Shown here piece by piece: positions 16,301 through 24,115 of a stretch of 64,000 nt of DNA. The notes beneath the pieces are model-generated. The model saw only the letters and a list, made by a program, of their open reading frames with translations. It was not told the origin of the DNA and made no database searches. The translations under genes were made by a program, and so were the position numbers. This DNA is from a virus. Within the stretch, counting starts at the first letter, position 1; every line of letters starts with the position of its first letter. Location of the stretch: positions 32,001 to 96,000 of IMG/VR virus record IMGVR_UViG_3300047510_001751. The stretch is one strand, 5' to 3'.

Positions 16301-18014
16301 AGGGCAAACATCAATTACTTTAACTTCATTTGGTACTGGTATTATTCCAGGAATGATTGTTGTATCTCAGACTGATGGTATCACAGTTCCTGCCAACACA
16401 ACTATTGTTTCGATTGATGAAGTTAATTCCCTTGCTGTTCTTTCGGCAGCACCAAACCTTGGAACTGGTAGTGTAACATTCCAGGCAACAGGTCCATCAA
16501 ATACTTCTGCTGACGGTGGTGGTATCCGTGTTAAAGGAACCACAGATAAGACTTTCGTTTGGGATAACACAAACACTTCATGGACAAGCAACCAAAACCT
16601 AAACCTTGTTGCTGGTCTAAGTTATAGAATTAATGGTACTTCAGTTCTAAACGCTACCACACTAGGAGCAAACGTAGTTAATTCTTCGCTGACTTCAGTT
16701 GGAACTTTAAATGCTCTCTCCATTGCTAATAGTGGCACTGCTGTTGGATTAACAATTACCAACACTGGTACTGGAGATTGCTTAGTTGTTAACGATGAAG
16801 CAAGTGATACCACACCCTTTAAGATTGGTAATGACGGCACAGTTTATATCACTGGAAACATTTCTGATTTCACTGCTAGCACTGGAACAACTAACCAAGT
16901 TCTTGCTAGAAAAGCAGGTGGTGGTATTGAATGGAAAGGTCTCAATACACTTGCCGATCCTAACACAGTAACCAACGCTGGCACTTCTACCGATAATGCT
17001 ATTGCTAGATTTGATTTAGCAACTGGTAAAATTGTTCAAAACTCTGGTGTTACTATTGATGATAATGGTGTTGTTGATATTGGAACTGCTGGCAATCTTA
17101 CAGGAAATGGATCTCCAGCAAAACTTAAAATCAATTCTTCTGCTCAATACGATGGTATTGCTTTAGGAAACGGTGCTTCTTATAGCACAATATCCCGTGG
17201 AGCAACAAATCCTGGTCTAGTGTTTACGGCCAACGCTGCTCCAGCAAACTTAGGGGGATCAGAAACTACTGTATTTGAATGGCATTCTGGCAGTGCTGGT
17301 GGAGGAGGACCAAGTAGATTAGCAGATCTTTCTACATCACAGAATTTTAGATTAGGAAATGTTGATTCAAATCCAAATATAATTTTACATTCAGTAAATA
17401 ATGGAACGGCAAGAATTAGATTTAGAGAAGGTGGATCACTAACTACTGGATTTAATGAATACTCTTTAGGAATGGCGGGTAATGCCAATAGAATGACATT
17501 TGAAATGCAGGGTCAGGGTGAAGTAGCTTATGTAACTGAAACTGGTATTGCCTTCCCATCTGGCAAAGGTATTGACTTCTCTGCTGCTGACAACGCCGCT
17601 GGAATGACTAGTGAGTTATTGAATGATTATGAAGAGGGAACATGGACACCAGCAGTAGCAGGAAGCACTTTAGCGGGAACAGCATCATACGTAGTACAAC
17701 AAGGAAGATACACAAAAGTAGGAAGACAAGTGTTTGTGGAAATGTATATAAGCTGGTCATCTGGAACTGGAACAGGAAATCTATTAGTTAGTGGATTGCC
17801 ATTTACATCAGCAAATGTAGCAATATATCCTTCTCTAGCGATTGGTTTTGTAAATGAAGTGTCAATGGGTTCAAATGCTTATCTGACAGCATATGTAGGT
17901 ATTAATTCCACAACTATAAATATTGATTCTGCTCAAGTTGGTGGTACAACAAGAGCTGCTACGGCATATAGTGCTAGTGGGGGAATACAAATTTCTGGTT
18001 GCTACACCGTTTGA
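13386..18014 (+). CDS. Long tail-fibre / virion fibre protein (1542 aa)
   Basis: MANRFPLIVN N-terminus, G/T/S-rich beta repeats, NTA.G..AL repeats, C-terminal YEEGTWTP module. Confidence 0.85.
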   Translation: MANRFPLIVNPDTKKIEELASGDNIDLTSNSIYAGGSIGTFGQYLKSTGTGLVWDTPGDVFLSASQTLINKTFANAVISGLNNNIYDIPNSSLVNSSITLNGQEVELGGSFTFPIDTNTTYSISLTDGADATRKILRLTGTNPSSTDDITFKAGQNVTISRTNDEITFNSSYVDTITRVQGEAGGTPVSGDVVIVGTGSTDVSQAGQTITINSFYIDTITRLKGEAAGTFRSGDVTILQGGATTVTQADNNITISSQDTITRLKGGAGGVFLFGDITFTGSNATSVTQTGDVITIDSTNTVTRVSGGLSGTPVTGDVRILTGGASSVTQSGNDVTISSVDTITRLRGGTGEQLASGDFTIIGAGAAAVTQSGNTITVTGTDTNTVTRVQGSPANGGNLLSGDITITGAGAATVSQSGSTITVTATDTDTTYSAGIGLALNGTIFSLKNQDSLTNNRLVKWNASNGQLVNSNIADDGSTVTITGNLNVAGTTTTVNTATLVVNDAEIELRTGANITPSNGGIQINRTTDGTGAVTAYQSLQWFESGGFWRSFNGTVSNRFVTENETQTLTNKTLTSPILTSPQLGIATVTTINKVSVTQPATGATLTINEGKALTVSNSVSFSGTDNSTVNFGGGGSVAYVSNKLSLFAATTSDEFRGVISDETGTGRLVFATSPEFVTSITTASTTFSVFNTNVSAINAFGSATSITIGATSGETTIRNSLTVNGNITLGNDIADTATINATTTFNNEDVTVRGIRVGRGASGVDTNTAFGKEALRLVVGIGAGNQNTALGYETLFSNNTGSRNVVVGFRAGRTITNGADNVAMGNDALYTTTVGTKNIAIGTETLFSNVAGEHNVVIGYKAGWGISGSGNVVIGPAQNGNTSDVTYQLPNPTGSNQLVIGSGAGAWIRGDNNFDITVPNNLGVSGNLTIAGSTTNLNSRILTVRASNVTFVDKELTLGNVTTTTFSAIVQQGQTSITLTSFGTGIIPGMIVVSQTDGITVPANTTIVSIDEVNSLAVLSAAPNLGTGSVTFQATGPSNTSADGGGIRVKGTTDKTFVWDNTNTSWTSNQNLNLVAGLSYRINGTSVLNATTLGANVVNSSLTSVGTLNALSIANSGTAVGLTITNTGTGDCLVVNDEASDTTPFKIGNDGTVYITGNISDFTASTGTTNQVLARKAGGGIEWKGLNTLADPNTVTNAGTSTDNAIARFDLATGKIVQNSGVTIDDNGVVDIGTAGNLTGNGSPAKLKINSSAQYDGIALGNGASYSTISRGATNPGLVFTANAAPANLGGSETTVFEWHSGSAGGGGPSRLADLSTSQNFRLGNVDSNPNIILHSVNNGTARIRFREGGSLTTGFNEYSLGMAGNANRMTFEMQGQGEVAYVTETGIAFPSGKGIDFSAADNAAGMTSELLNDYEEGTWTPAVAGSTLAGTASYVVQQGRYTKVGRQVFVEMYISWSSGTGTGNLLVSGLPFTSANVAIYPSLAIGFVNEVSMGSNAYLTAYVGINSTTINIDSAQVGGTTRAATAYSASGGIQISGCYTV
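13905..14670 (+). repeat. Six tandem ~41-45 aa repeats in fibre
   Basis: (D/N)T(I/V)TR(L/V).G...G...GD.TI.G.GA..VTQ.G..ITI repeated six times. Confidence 0.85.
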
Positions 18015-18058
18015 TAAATAACTCTGCCTAACCCTGTTTTATTCGGAGAATAACCCTA

Positions 18059-18313
18059 ATGGCATTAGAAGAAGTATCAGTAGTAGATAAGATTGAAGTT
18101 CTACTCAACGGATCTATTCAAGTAAGAAGAAGAGATCAAATCCTCAAAGATGGTGTAGAAGTTGCTGCTACCTATCATCGTCACGTTATCAATCCTGGTG
18201 ACGACCCAGCAAACGAAGATCCTAGAGTTGCTGCTATCGCTGCTGCTACGTGGACTGAAGAAGTAATTGCTGCTTACCAAGCATCTCTACCACAACCAGA
18301 AGTAACTGAATAA
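18059..18313 (+). CDS. Small fibre-associated protein
   Basis: VDKIEV..NG.IQVR....I..DG.E....YHRHVI.PGDD; family typically follows fibre genes. Confidence 0.7.
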   Translation: MALEEVSVVDKIEVLLNGSIQVRRRDQILKDGVEVAATYHRHVINPGDDPANEDPRVAAIAAATWTEEVIAAYQASLPQPEVTE

Positions 18314-18314
18314 T

Positions 18315-18343
18315 AAAAAAAGGGGGTCGAAAGACCCCCTTTA
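18315..18343. terminator. Bidirectional terminator
   Basis: A-run, AAAGGGGGTC-GAAA-GACCCCCTTT between convergent genes. Confidence 0.8.
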
Positions 18344-18346
18344 ATT

Positions 18347-18637
18347 TTATTCGTTTGCTTTTATAATTTCATTAAGATTAATTTCTTCACATGTTAAATG
18401 CTCAGCAAATCCAGGCATATTATTGTATTTGGGATTGCCATGAGAAGTGAAAACATCTCGTTCGACGTAATTGTTTGTTAAAGGATCTTTATCAAACATT
18501 TCAATCTGAATGACATTTGTTCCTCCCATTCTATAAACAATAATTTTCATATCTGTGTCATCTATTTCACAGATATTACACCATCCACCACTGTTTCTAT
18601 ATTTAATTTTACAAAAAAGATTTTGAAAAAATTTCAT
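18347..18637 (-). CDS. Hypothetical protein
   Basis: ORF in operon downstream of hli. Confidence 0.5.
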   Translation of the reverse strand: MKFFQNLFCKIKYRNSGGWCNICEIDDTDMKIIVYRMGGTNVIQIEMFDKDPLTNNYVERDVFTSHGNPKYNNMPGFAEHLTCEEINLNEIIKANE

Positions 18638-18646
18638 AATCCTTTA

Positions 18647-18766
18647 TCACCACACGCCAGGGATGATCTGCCCAGTGGTCATATAAGTGCCAACAGCAAT
18701 GACGAAACCGAGCATAGCTAGACGAGCGTTGAGGATCTCTGCCTCAGGTGTAAATCCGAATTTCAT
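18647..18766 (-). CDS. hli: High-light inducible protein (39 aa)
   Basis: [39 protein letters not shown]; AE..N.R.AM.G motif; not in ORF track. Confidence 0.92.
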   Translation of the reverse strand: MKFGFTPEAEILNARLAMLGFVIAVGTYMTTGQIIPGVW

Positions 18767-18960
18767 TTTGTTTCTCCTTTATAAATGTGTTGTTGTTTGA
18801 GATCAGGGTTTGGTTCAGAACAAACCACTTGTTTGACAGGTTTAATAACAATAAATTTGTCATTTTTTAGAGTGCCTGCCACTTTCACTTCAAGTTCTAG
18901 ATTATTCCAATCTAGACTTTGGAGAGCAACTCCAAGTTGCCCAAGCATTCCAGCACTCAC
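18763..18960 (-). CDS. Hypothetical protein
   Basis: ATGA-coupled between petF and hli. Confidence 0.6.
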   Translation of the reverse strand: MSAGMLGQLGVALQSLDWNNLELEVKVAGTLKNDKFIVIKPVKQVVCSEPNPDLKQQHIYKGETK

Positions 18961-19250
18961 AGGTTCTCTTCCTGCTCAGTGAGAATCACACAATCGCTGG
19001 TAGGGTATGCTACACAAGTCAACACCCAACCATCTTCAAGTTGATCATCATCAAGGAATGATTGCTCTTCATTATCTACGGTGCCGCTAATCAGTTTGCC
19101 AGCACAAGCAGAACAAGCACCAGCACGGCAAGAGGAAGGAAGATCTACGCCTGCCTCTTCAGCAGCTTCAAGAATGTATTGATCATCAGGACACTGAATA
19201 GTTTGCTCGGTTCCATCAGGGGATTGGAGAGTAACAGAATAGGTAGCCAT
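18957..19250 (-). CDS. petF: Plant-type [2Fe-2S] ferredoxin
   Basis: [13 protein letters not shown]...SFLDDDQ...VLTCVAYP. Confidence 0.97.
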   Translation of the reverse strand: MATYSVTLQSPDGTEQTIQCPDDQYILEAAEEAGVDLPSSCRAGACSACAGKLISGTVDNEEQSFLDDDQLEDGWVLTCVAYPTSDCVILTEQEENL

Positions 19251-19336
19251 TAGTAAGTTTCAGATAGTTGATTAATGGAATGTGCCAACAAAACGAGGAA
19301 GGCAACTGAGGTCATTGTAAACAAAAGTTCAGTCAT
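19250..19336 (-). CDS. 28-aa single-TM micro-protein
   Basis: [28 protein letters not shown], stop overlaps petF start; not in ORF track. Confidence 0.55.
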   Translation of the reverse strand: MTELLFTMTSVAFLVLLAHSINQLSETY

Positions 19337-19349
19337 TGTCAATCAATTG

Positions 19350-19559
19350 TCAGAGAATGCCAAAAAAGAGTTTGCCAGTGGCAACGTAAGACACGATGCC
19401 TGCTACGAATCCTAGCATAGCCCAACGTCCGTTGGCAAGCTCAGCACGTTCGTTATGGGTCATCATGCCATACTTAATGGCATCCTCATCCGAGATATAC
19501 ATCACGGGTTCTTTGGCAAACATGTTTTGCTGCCCACGGTCATTAGTCGTTACGGTCAT
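19350..19559 (-). CDS. hli: High-light inducible protein
   Basis: NMFAKEP, AELANGRWAMLGF. Confidence 0.93.
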   Translation of the reverse strand: MTVTTNDRGQQNMFAKEPVMYISDEDAIKYGMMTHNERAELANGRWAMLGFVAGIVSYVATGKLFFGIL

Positions 19560-19585
19560 TTCAATTTGTTACGATTTGTTACGAT

Positions 19586-19621
19586 ATTATATAGGAAAAA
19601 AGGAGGGGTGTCAACCCCTCC
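19586..19621 (-). promoter_or_regulatory. Fused terminator/promoter for hli-petF operon
   Basis: GGAGGGG-TTGACA-CCCCTCC-T6 then TATAAT at 17 nt. Confidence 0.78.
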
Positions 19622-19631
19622 TGTCAGAAAA

Positions 19632-21113
19632 TCAGAACGTAAACTTGGTTTGGATTACGCCACCCCAGTTAGAGGAAGCACCTTGGAATGCTTGATTGTT
19701 AGCAACATAGATTACAGCAGGAGTAATGCTGATGTTGTCACTCACACGATACTTGTAGAAGATCTCAAGCAAACCAGCCTTATCACTAAGACCAGAAGCA
19801 TTGCCAGGTTGTCCATAAGCAATACCAGCACCATTGCCCCTACCAAATACATCGCTCCACTGAAGACCAGCAAACCATGTAGAAGTGTTGGTAGCACCGT
19901 TAGGAGTAGAAGGACCACTTACAGTGTTCCAACCATAACCACCACTCACAGAAGGAACGATACCAGAAGTCTTGGGTTGCCAGTAAGCGTTGATGGCATA
20001 ACCATTAGATGCTTGATTGGCAGCAAGAGCACCAGAAGCACCCAGAACACCGTTGTAAGTACGAACACGAGTGCCTTGAGTACCATAACGATAACCAAAG
20101 GCAGCACCCCACTGAGGAGCACGATAACCGATCTGAGCAAGAGTGTTCAGAGCACCTGCTGAGTTGAATACGCCAGTATCACTATTGTCACCTTGTTGAG
20201 CAACATAGTTCAGACCAGCAACAAATCCACCTTTCTTGCCAGGTTGAACATACTGAACACCAAAACCAGAACCAGTTGCCTTGTTATATACACCAGGAAC
20301 GCCAGCAGTGGTAAAGAAGTCAAGGATTTCAGAACGATATGCCGTAGGAACCCATGCCATCTCAGTGTTACGAACCAGAGCACCAGCGGTAAGAGTCATA
20401 CCTTTGGTGAGAGCAGGGAAACTATAATAGAGACGATCAATCTGAACCGAGTTCTCATAAGTTTCCGCTTTATCCAGCTTCAGAACAGACGAGGAAGAAC
20501 CAAAAGGTTGTGCTGAGAAGTTGCCCGAACGAAGACGGGTACGAAGCAGATCCTTACCAGTGAACGATGTATCAAAGTTCAGACGAAGATCGTAGTTGAA
20601 AGTAGTGTTTCCAACATTAGCACCAGCAGTAGTTTTGGCACCAGGAACACCACCAAGAATGAAGTTTACTTCACCCTTCAGTTTGGTTGTGGTTGAGAAC
20701 TGAGTTGCTTCAAGTTCACCAACCTTTGCTTCAAGACCATCTACACGACCACGAAGAACAGCAAGTTCCTGAGCAAATTCTGCTTGGAGTTTACGAAGTT
20801 CATCGGTAACTTCAGTTACACGATCCAGGCAAGCATTCAACAATGCTGCTGCTTCATAACGGGTCATTGCCTTGCCGCCACCATAGGTGCCGTTAGGATA
20901 ACCAGCAACACAACCATAACGCTCAACTAGATTGTTGAGTGCCTGATATGCCCAGTCAGTAGGTTGAACATCAGAAAATTGAGTGATAGAAGTGACCTGT
21001 TCTGCCGAAGCATACTTATTAACCTCACTCATATTTACTTCAAAAGCTGATACAGGAGAAACCACCGAAGTAGTAACTACAGCACCAGCAGCAATAAATG
21101 AACGAATCATCAT
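19632..21113 (-). CDS. Cyanobacterial SomA/SomB-type outer-membrane porin (SLH + OprB-like barrel)
   Basis: Signal peptide; FSDVQPTDWAYQAL..LVERYGCVAGYP SLH; TQFSTTTKLKGEV; C-terminal TKFTF. Confidence 0.93.
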   Translation of the reverse strand: MMIRSFIAAGAVVTTSVVSPVSAFEVNMSEVNKYASAEQVTSITQFSDVQPTDWAYQALNNLVERYGCVAGYPNGTYGGGKAMTRYEAAALLNACLDRVTEVTDELRKLQAEFAQELAVLRGRVDGLEAKVGELEATQFSTTTKLKGEVNFILGGVPGAKTTAGANVGNTTFNYDLRLNFDTSFTGKDLLRTRLRSGNFSAQPFGSSSSVLKLDKAETYENSVQIDRLYYSFPALTKGMTLTAGALVRNTEMAWVPTAYRSEILDFFTTAGVPGVYNKATGSGFGVQYVQPGKKGGFVAGLNYVAQQGDNSDTGVFNSAGALNTLAQIGYRAPQWGAAFGYRYGTQGTRVRTYNGVLGASGALAANQASNGYAINAYWQPKTSGIVPSVSGGYGWNTVSGPSTPNGATNTSTWFAGLQWSDVFGRGNGAGIAYGQPGNASGLSDKAGLLEIFYKYRVSDNISITPAVIYVANNQAFQGASSNWGGVIQTKFTF

Positions 21114-21182
21114 AGTATTATTTAAATTAACTACAAGGTTTATTTATTCCCTATTTGTAAAGTTTTACAACTTTAAAGGGAA

Positions 21183-21254
21183 AGCGGGGTATCGGAATCG
21201 AACCGACGACATCTAACTTGGAAGGATAGCGTTCTACCGCTGAACTAACCCCGC
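21183..21254 (-). tRNA. tRNA-Gly (TCC)
   Basis: GCGGGGT..AGTTCAGCGGTAGAAC, anticodon loop CT-TCC-AA, GGTTCGATTCC. Confidence 0.95.
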
Positions 21255-21268
21255 AAAAAAGTGGGTAA

Positions 21269-21712
21269 TTAAATTACCCGATCAAATTCAAATAATCCAG
21301 AATCTTTTCCCCAAACAAGTTTGCCACTTTCATCATAGCCAGCGTCTCTAGAAAAACATTTTTCTCGGTTGAATTTAAATTCACTTTCGATTCTAATATC
21401 TTTTACGATACACTCACCACAGGTTTTAGCAACCCAGAAAGCACCATTCCAATAAATGTTATGGTCACAAGTTGGGTTCCAGTCCATATCGAAACTCCGA
21501 AGAAGAACTTCTTCATCTGTAATCATTTCATAAGTATGATATGATTGTCGATATGGATCTGTTTTAGGATAATCGTATTCATAAAAGCTTTGAGATTGTA
21601 ATTTGTTTTCACCCAAATCTTTCCAAACTAAACGTATCATAGCATAATTGCATGGATACATAAAAGCTTGGTTTTTATTAGAATACTCGCCTACAATTTC
21701 TTTAAACTCCAT
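21269..21712 (-). CDS. cpeT: CpcT/CpeT-type phycobilin lyase
   Basis: Y.N..QA, PYRQ, C.I..., SRDAGYD..GKLVWG....FEF.RV; start at MEFKE. Confidence 0.75.
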   Translation of the reverse strand: MEFKEIVGEYSNKNQAFMYPCNYAMIRLVWKDLGENKLQSQSFYEYDYPKTDPYRQSYHTYEMITDEEVLLRSFDMDWNPTCDHNIYWNGAFWVAKTCGECIVKDIRIESEFKFNREKCFSRDAGYDESGKLVWGKDSGLFEFDRVI

Positions 21713-21723
21713 AAACACATTAC

Positions 21724-21866
21724 CTCCAGGCTCGCCACCTGCCCTTTGACCAGAGGCAGGAAACTGGGCGGGAGAGAGTCCCATCCGCACCACCAATTTT
21801 TTAGAGAAATTGGAAACTCATCGAGGGGGTTCCCGACCAGTGCTGTTATAGTCCATCCGTGACTGT
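21724..21866 (-). ncRNA. manA RNA motif: manA-type cyanophage structured RNA
   Basis: Two tandem H-type pseudoknot modules around GGTGGTGCGGATGGG; next to tRNA; family recalled, not searched. Confidence 0.7.
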
Positions 21867-22070
21867 TTGAAGAATTAGATCTTCATACGCTGCTTCCACA
21901 GCATCGTCAAAGTCCTCGTAAGGACCGTGATTGACATCATTATACACGTAGTAGAATTTTTTGTCAATCATTTTTACGCTGTAATACGTGATCACTTTGT
22001 CATCATTGTCGAGTTCTTCGACAAATCTCATGTTAGTTTCAAGCATAGCATTTAGGGTAATTGGCTCCAC
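21846..22070 (-). CDS. Hypothetical protein
   Basis: ORF in tRNA island; start uncertain. Confidence 0.55.
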   Translation of the reverse strand: MEPITLNAMLETNMRFVEELDNDDKVITYYSVKMIDKKFYYVYNDVNHGPYEDFDDAVEAAYEDLILQTVTDGL

Positions 22071-22086
22071 CAGAGTAAGTTAAGGT

Positions 22087-22326
22087 CTAACCCAGACCAT
22101 TAAACGAAATAACATCATCACTCATAGAACCACCATAATAACTAGTGGGGATATTATTCCCGATACAAAATACATTTTTATTTGTTTCAGTAATTTGTAT
22201 ACTTACAAGTTTATTATAAGAATCAAACAAATCACTGATAGCAGTTTCATTTTTATCTTGAAGTGCTGTAATAAGTGCTTTGCTTACAGCATCTTTTGCT
22301 GTTTCAATCTGTGATTTCAGGGACAT
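22087..22326 (-). CDS. Hypothetical protein
   Basis: Start at MSLKSQ with GGAAAA upstream. Confidence 0.55.
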   Translation of the reverse strand: MSLKSQIETAKDAVSKALITALQDKNETAISDLFDSYNKLVSIQITETNKNVFCIGNNIPTSYYGGSMSDDVISFNGLG

Positions 22327-22498
22327 AATTTTCCTCAATAACATTATCGAAAAGATCTTTAAGATCATCACCAACTGGTGTCATTACAACACCTTTACCA
22401 TCAGGTAGTCGGATCAAAAATAATTCTTGGTTTTTTTCAACCCGATCCATATAAGCATCGAAGTTGTCTTCAAACTCTTGTTGGGTGATTTCAATCAT
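22304..22498 (-). CDS. Phd/YefM antitoxin-like protein
   Basis: IT..EF..NFD.YMDRVE...E..LI....G..VVM.P pattern. Confidence 0.6.
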   Translation of the reverse strand: MIEITQQEFEDNFDAYMDRVEKNQELFLIRLPDGKGVVMTPVGDDLKDLFDNVIEENYVPEITD

Positions 22499-22516
22499 AG
22501 TTTGTCATGTAGACAA

Positions 22517-22591
22517 TCGGGGTGATAGGACTCGAACCTACGACTTCCGCTTCCCAAAAGCGGCGCTCTAGCCAAACTGAGCTACACCCCG
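22517..22591 (-). tRNA. tRNA-Pro (TGG)
   Basis: CGGGGTG..AGCTCAGTTTGG, CCGCT-TT-TGG-GA-AGCGG, GGTTCGAGTCC. Confidence 0.95.
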
Positions 22592-22700
22592 TTGGTTTTC
22601 CGATGTATGATCATGATACCACAGATCGGAGGAATAATCAAGAGAGAACCCATTAGAGAAACTAATAATGGATTCTCCATAATCGAAACAATTAAATGTC

Positions 22701-22955
22701 TCATCTTACTTCATAATCTAATTTACGAACTTTACGCTGCTTCCTTTGCTCCTGAAACTCCAGATCCTGTCTCGTCAAGATCGATTGATCCTGACGCTTG
22801 GACTTGGCCCCCGAGATTATTTCTACAAGGGTAAGATCCAAGGCGCTGATATTCCCACCACGGATGCTGGTAAGGTTGGGACACTGACAGCATCTGAGTT
22901 GTGACGGGTGCTCCTCTAATACTTTCCCGCAATTTTTGCATCTGATTATTAACAT
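22701..22955 (-). CDS. Small zinc-binding protein
   Basis: CKNCG...RCCQCPN motif. Confidence 0.7.
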   Translation of the reverse strand: MLIIRCKNCGKVLEEHPSQLRCCQCPNLTSIRGGNISALDLTLVEIISGAKSKRQDQSILTRQDLEFQEQRKQRKVRKLDYEVR

Positions 22956-23055
22956 CTCTAAGCATTCCTTTTATCGCTTCAAGTTCTTCATGAATATCTT
23001 GATGATGAAACCTAAGTGGTTTCTGAATCAACTCATTAAACTTTTTCTTTTTCAT
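22732..23055 (-). CDS. Hypothetical protein overlapping the Zn protein
   Basis: KPLRFHHQDIHEELE N-terminus; needed to fill 22955-23055. Confidence 0.5.
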   Translation of the reverse strand: MKKKKFNELIQKPLRFHHQDIHEELEAIKGMLRDVNNQMQKLRESIRGAPVTTQMLSVSQPYQHPWWEYQRLGSYPCRNNLGGQVQASGSIDLDETGSGVSGAKEAA

Positions 23056-23073
23056 GATTATTTATGAGTGTAA

Positions 23074-23145
23074 TGGGCGATACTGGATTCGAACCAGTGA
23101 CCATCTCCGTGTAAAGGAGGCACTCTACCGCTGAGTTAATCGCCC
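23074..23145 (-). tRNA. tRNA-Val (TAC)
   Basis: GGGCGAT..AACTCAGCGGTAGAG, loop TT-TAC-AC, GGTTCGAATCC. Confidence 0.95.
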
Positions 23146-23149
23146 TAGG

Positions 23150-23223
23150 CGCTTCAGGTTGGATTCGAACCAACGACTCACGCTTTAGAAGAGCGTTACT
23201 CTATTCCACTGAGTTACTGAAGC
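23150..23223 (-). tRNA. tRNA-Arg (TCT)
   Basis: GCTTCAG acceptor, ACGCT-CT-TCT-AA-AGCGT, GGTTCGAATCC. Confidence 0.95.
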
Positions 23224-23229
23224 ATGTTT

Positions 23230-23631
23230 TTATTTTACCACACTTGATGGGCAGTTGTCAACCCATGGGGAACACAACCTCATTTCTCCACCCAGTGCTT
23301 GACACTCATCAGTATAGCACACAGAGGTGTCAACTGGTTTTTCTGAGTATCTTGGTGACGGCATCCTAACAGTTCCGTCGTCTCCTGTCAAGCGTTCATA
23401 CTCGGCAATTGCTTTATCAACATCACGCTTAACTCTATTATCTAAAAGTTTAGGATCTTTGATAATGTATTCATTCAATTCTGTATTCGGAAAATACTTT
23501 CTTTGAATTTCATCAATCAGGTCATAAAGATGTTTCTCATCAATACCTGTACATTCTGAAAAAGATGCTACGATTGTTGTTAACGTAATGCCTATAATGG
23601 CAAACCTAATTGTTTTTTGTTTGAGGTTCAT
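23230..23631 (-). CDS. Hypothetical membrane/secreted protein
   Basis: N-terminal hydrophobic helix; Cys-rich C-terminus. Confidence 0.65.
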   Translation of the reverse strand: MNLKQKTIRFAIIGITLTTIVASFSECTGIDEKHLYDLIDEIQRKYFPNTELNEYIIKDPKLLDNRVKRDVDKAIAEYERLTGDDGTVRMPSPRYSEKPVDTSVCYTDECQALGGEMRLCSPWVDNCPSSVVK

Positions 23632-23668
23632 AAAAAAGGGGAGTGTGGCACTCCCCAGTATTTATCTA

Positions 23669-24031
23669 TTACATACGAGAGTAACAGACACGAACAACCC
23701 CTGATCCTGGAGAAGCGATTTTAGTAAACGCTCCATAAGATAGATCAAGAGATCGTCCACCCACAAATGGTCCACGATCATTCACACGAACAATGACAGA
23801 TTTGCCATTCGATTGGTTAGTCACCCGCAACCTAGTTCCGAAAGGAAGGCTTCTGTGTGCTGTTGAATGACCGTAAGCATTATATCTTTCTCCGTTAGCG
23901 GTGGTTAAACCGTGATATCCATCACCGACTCCATAATGTGAGGCGAGGGAACATCCGCTCGCTGCCTTTGCTTGAAGGGGTGCCAGTCCTACAGTGGCAA
24001 TGGCTAGAATTGAAAGTGTTTTAAAAAGCAT
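23669..24031 (-). CDS. rlpA: RlpA-like lytic transglycosylase (double-psi beta-barrel)
   Basis: Signal peptide; ASHYG, TANGERY, TAHRSLPFGTRLRVTN, VRVNDRGPF, LDLSYGA. Confidence 0.92.
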   Translation of the reverse strand: MLFKTLSILAIATVGLAPLQAKAASGCSLASHYGVGDGYHGLTTANGERYNAYGHSTAHRSLPFGTRLRVTNQSNGKSVIVRVNDRGPFVGGRSLDLSYGAFTKIASPGSGVVRVCYSRM

Positions 24032-24047
24032 TTAGTTAAATAGAATT

Positions 24048-24115
24048 CTACATCCGTATAGAAAGGGGGTACACCCAACCTCTCGGAGGGCACTTTCCAC
24101 GGCTCTAATTGTCAC
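24048..24115 (-). ncRNA. Structured cis-regulatory leader of rlpA
   Basis: CCGTGGAAAG...CTTTCTATACGG outer stem enclosing CCCTCC-GAGA-GGTTGGG hairpin. Confidence 0.55.

Noticed and set aside
13386-18014. Diversity-generating retroelement target at the fibre tip
   Set aside because: No reverse transcriptase and no template-repeat copy seen in the window.
21713-21796. N-terminal extension MVVRMG... of cpeT in the track
   Set aside because: It lies inside the manA-like RNA; the better start is MEFKE at 21712.
22582-22704. 40-aa TM micro-ORF MRHLIVSIMENP...
   Set aside because: Plausible, but it runs 10 nt into tRNA-Pro and has no clear support, so it was left uncalled.
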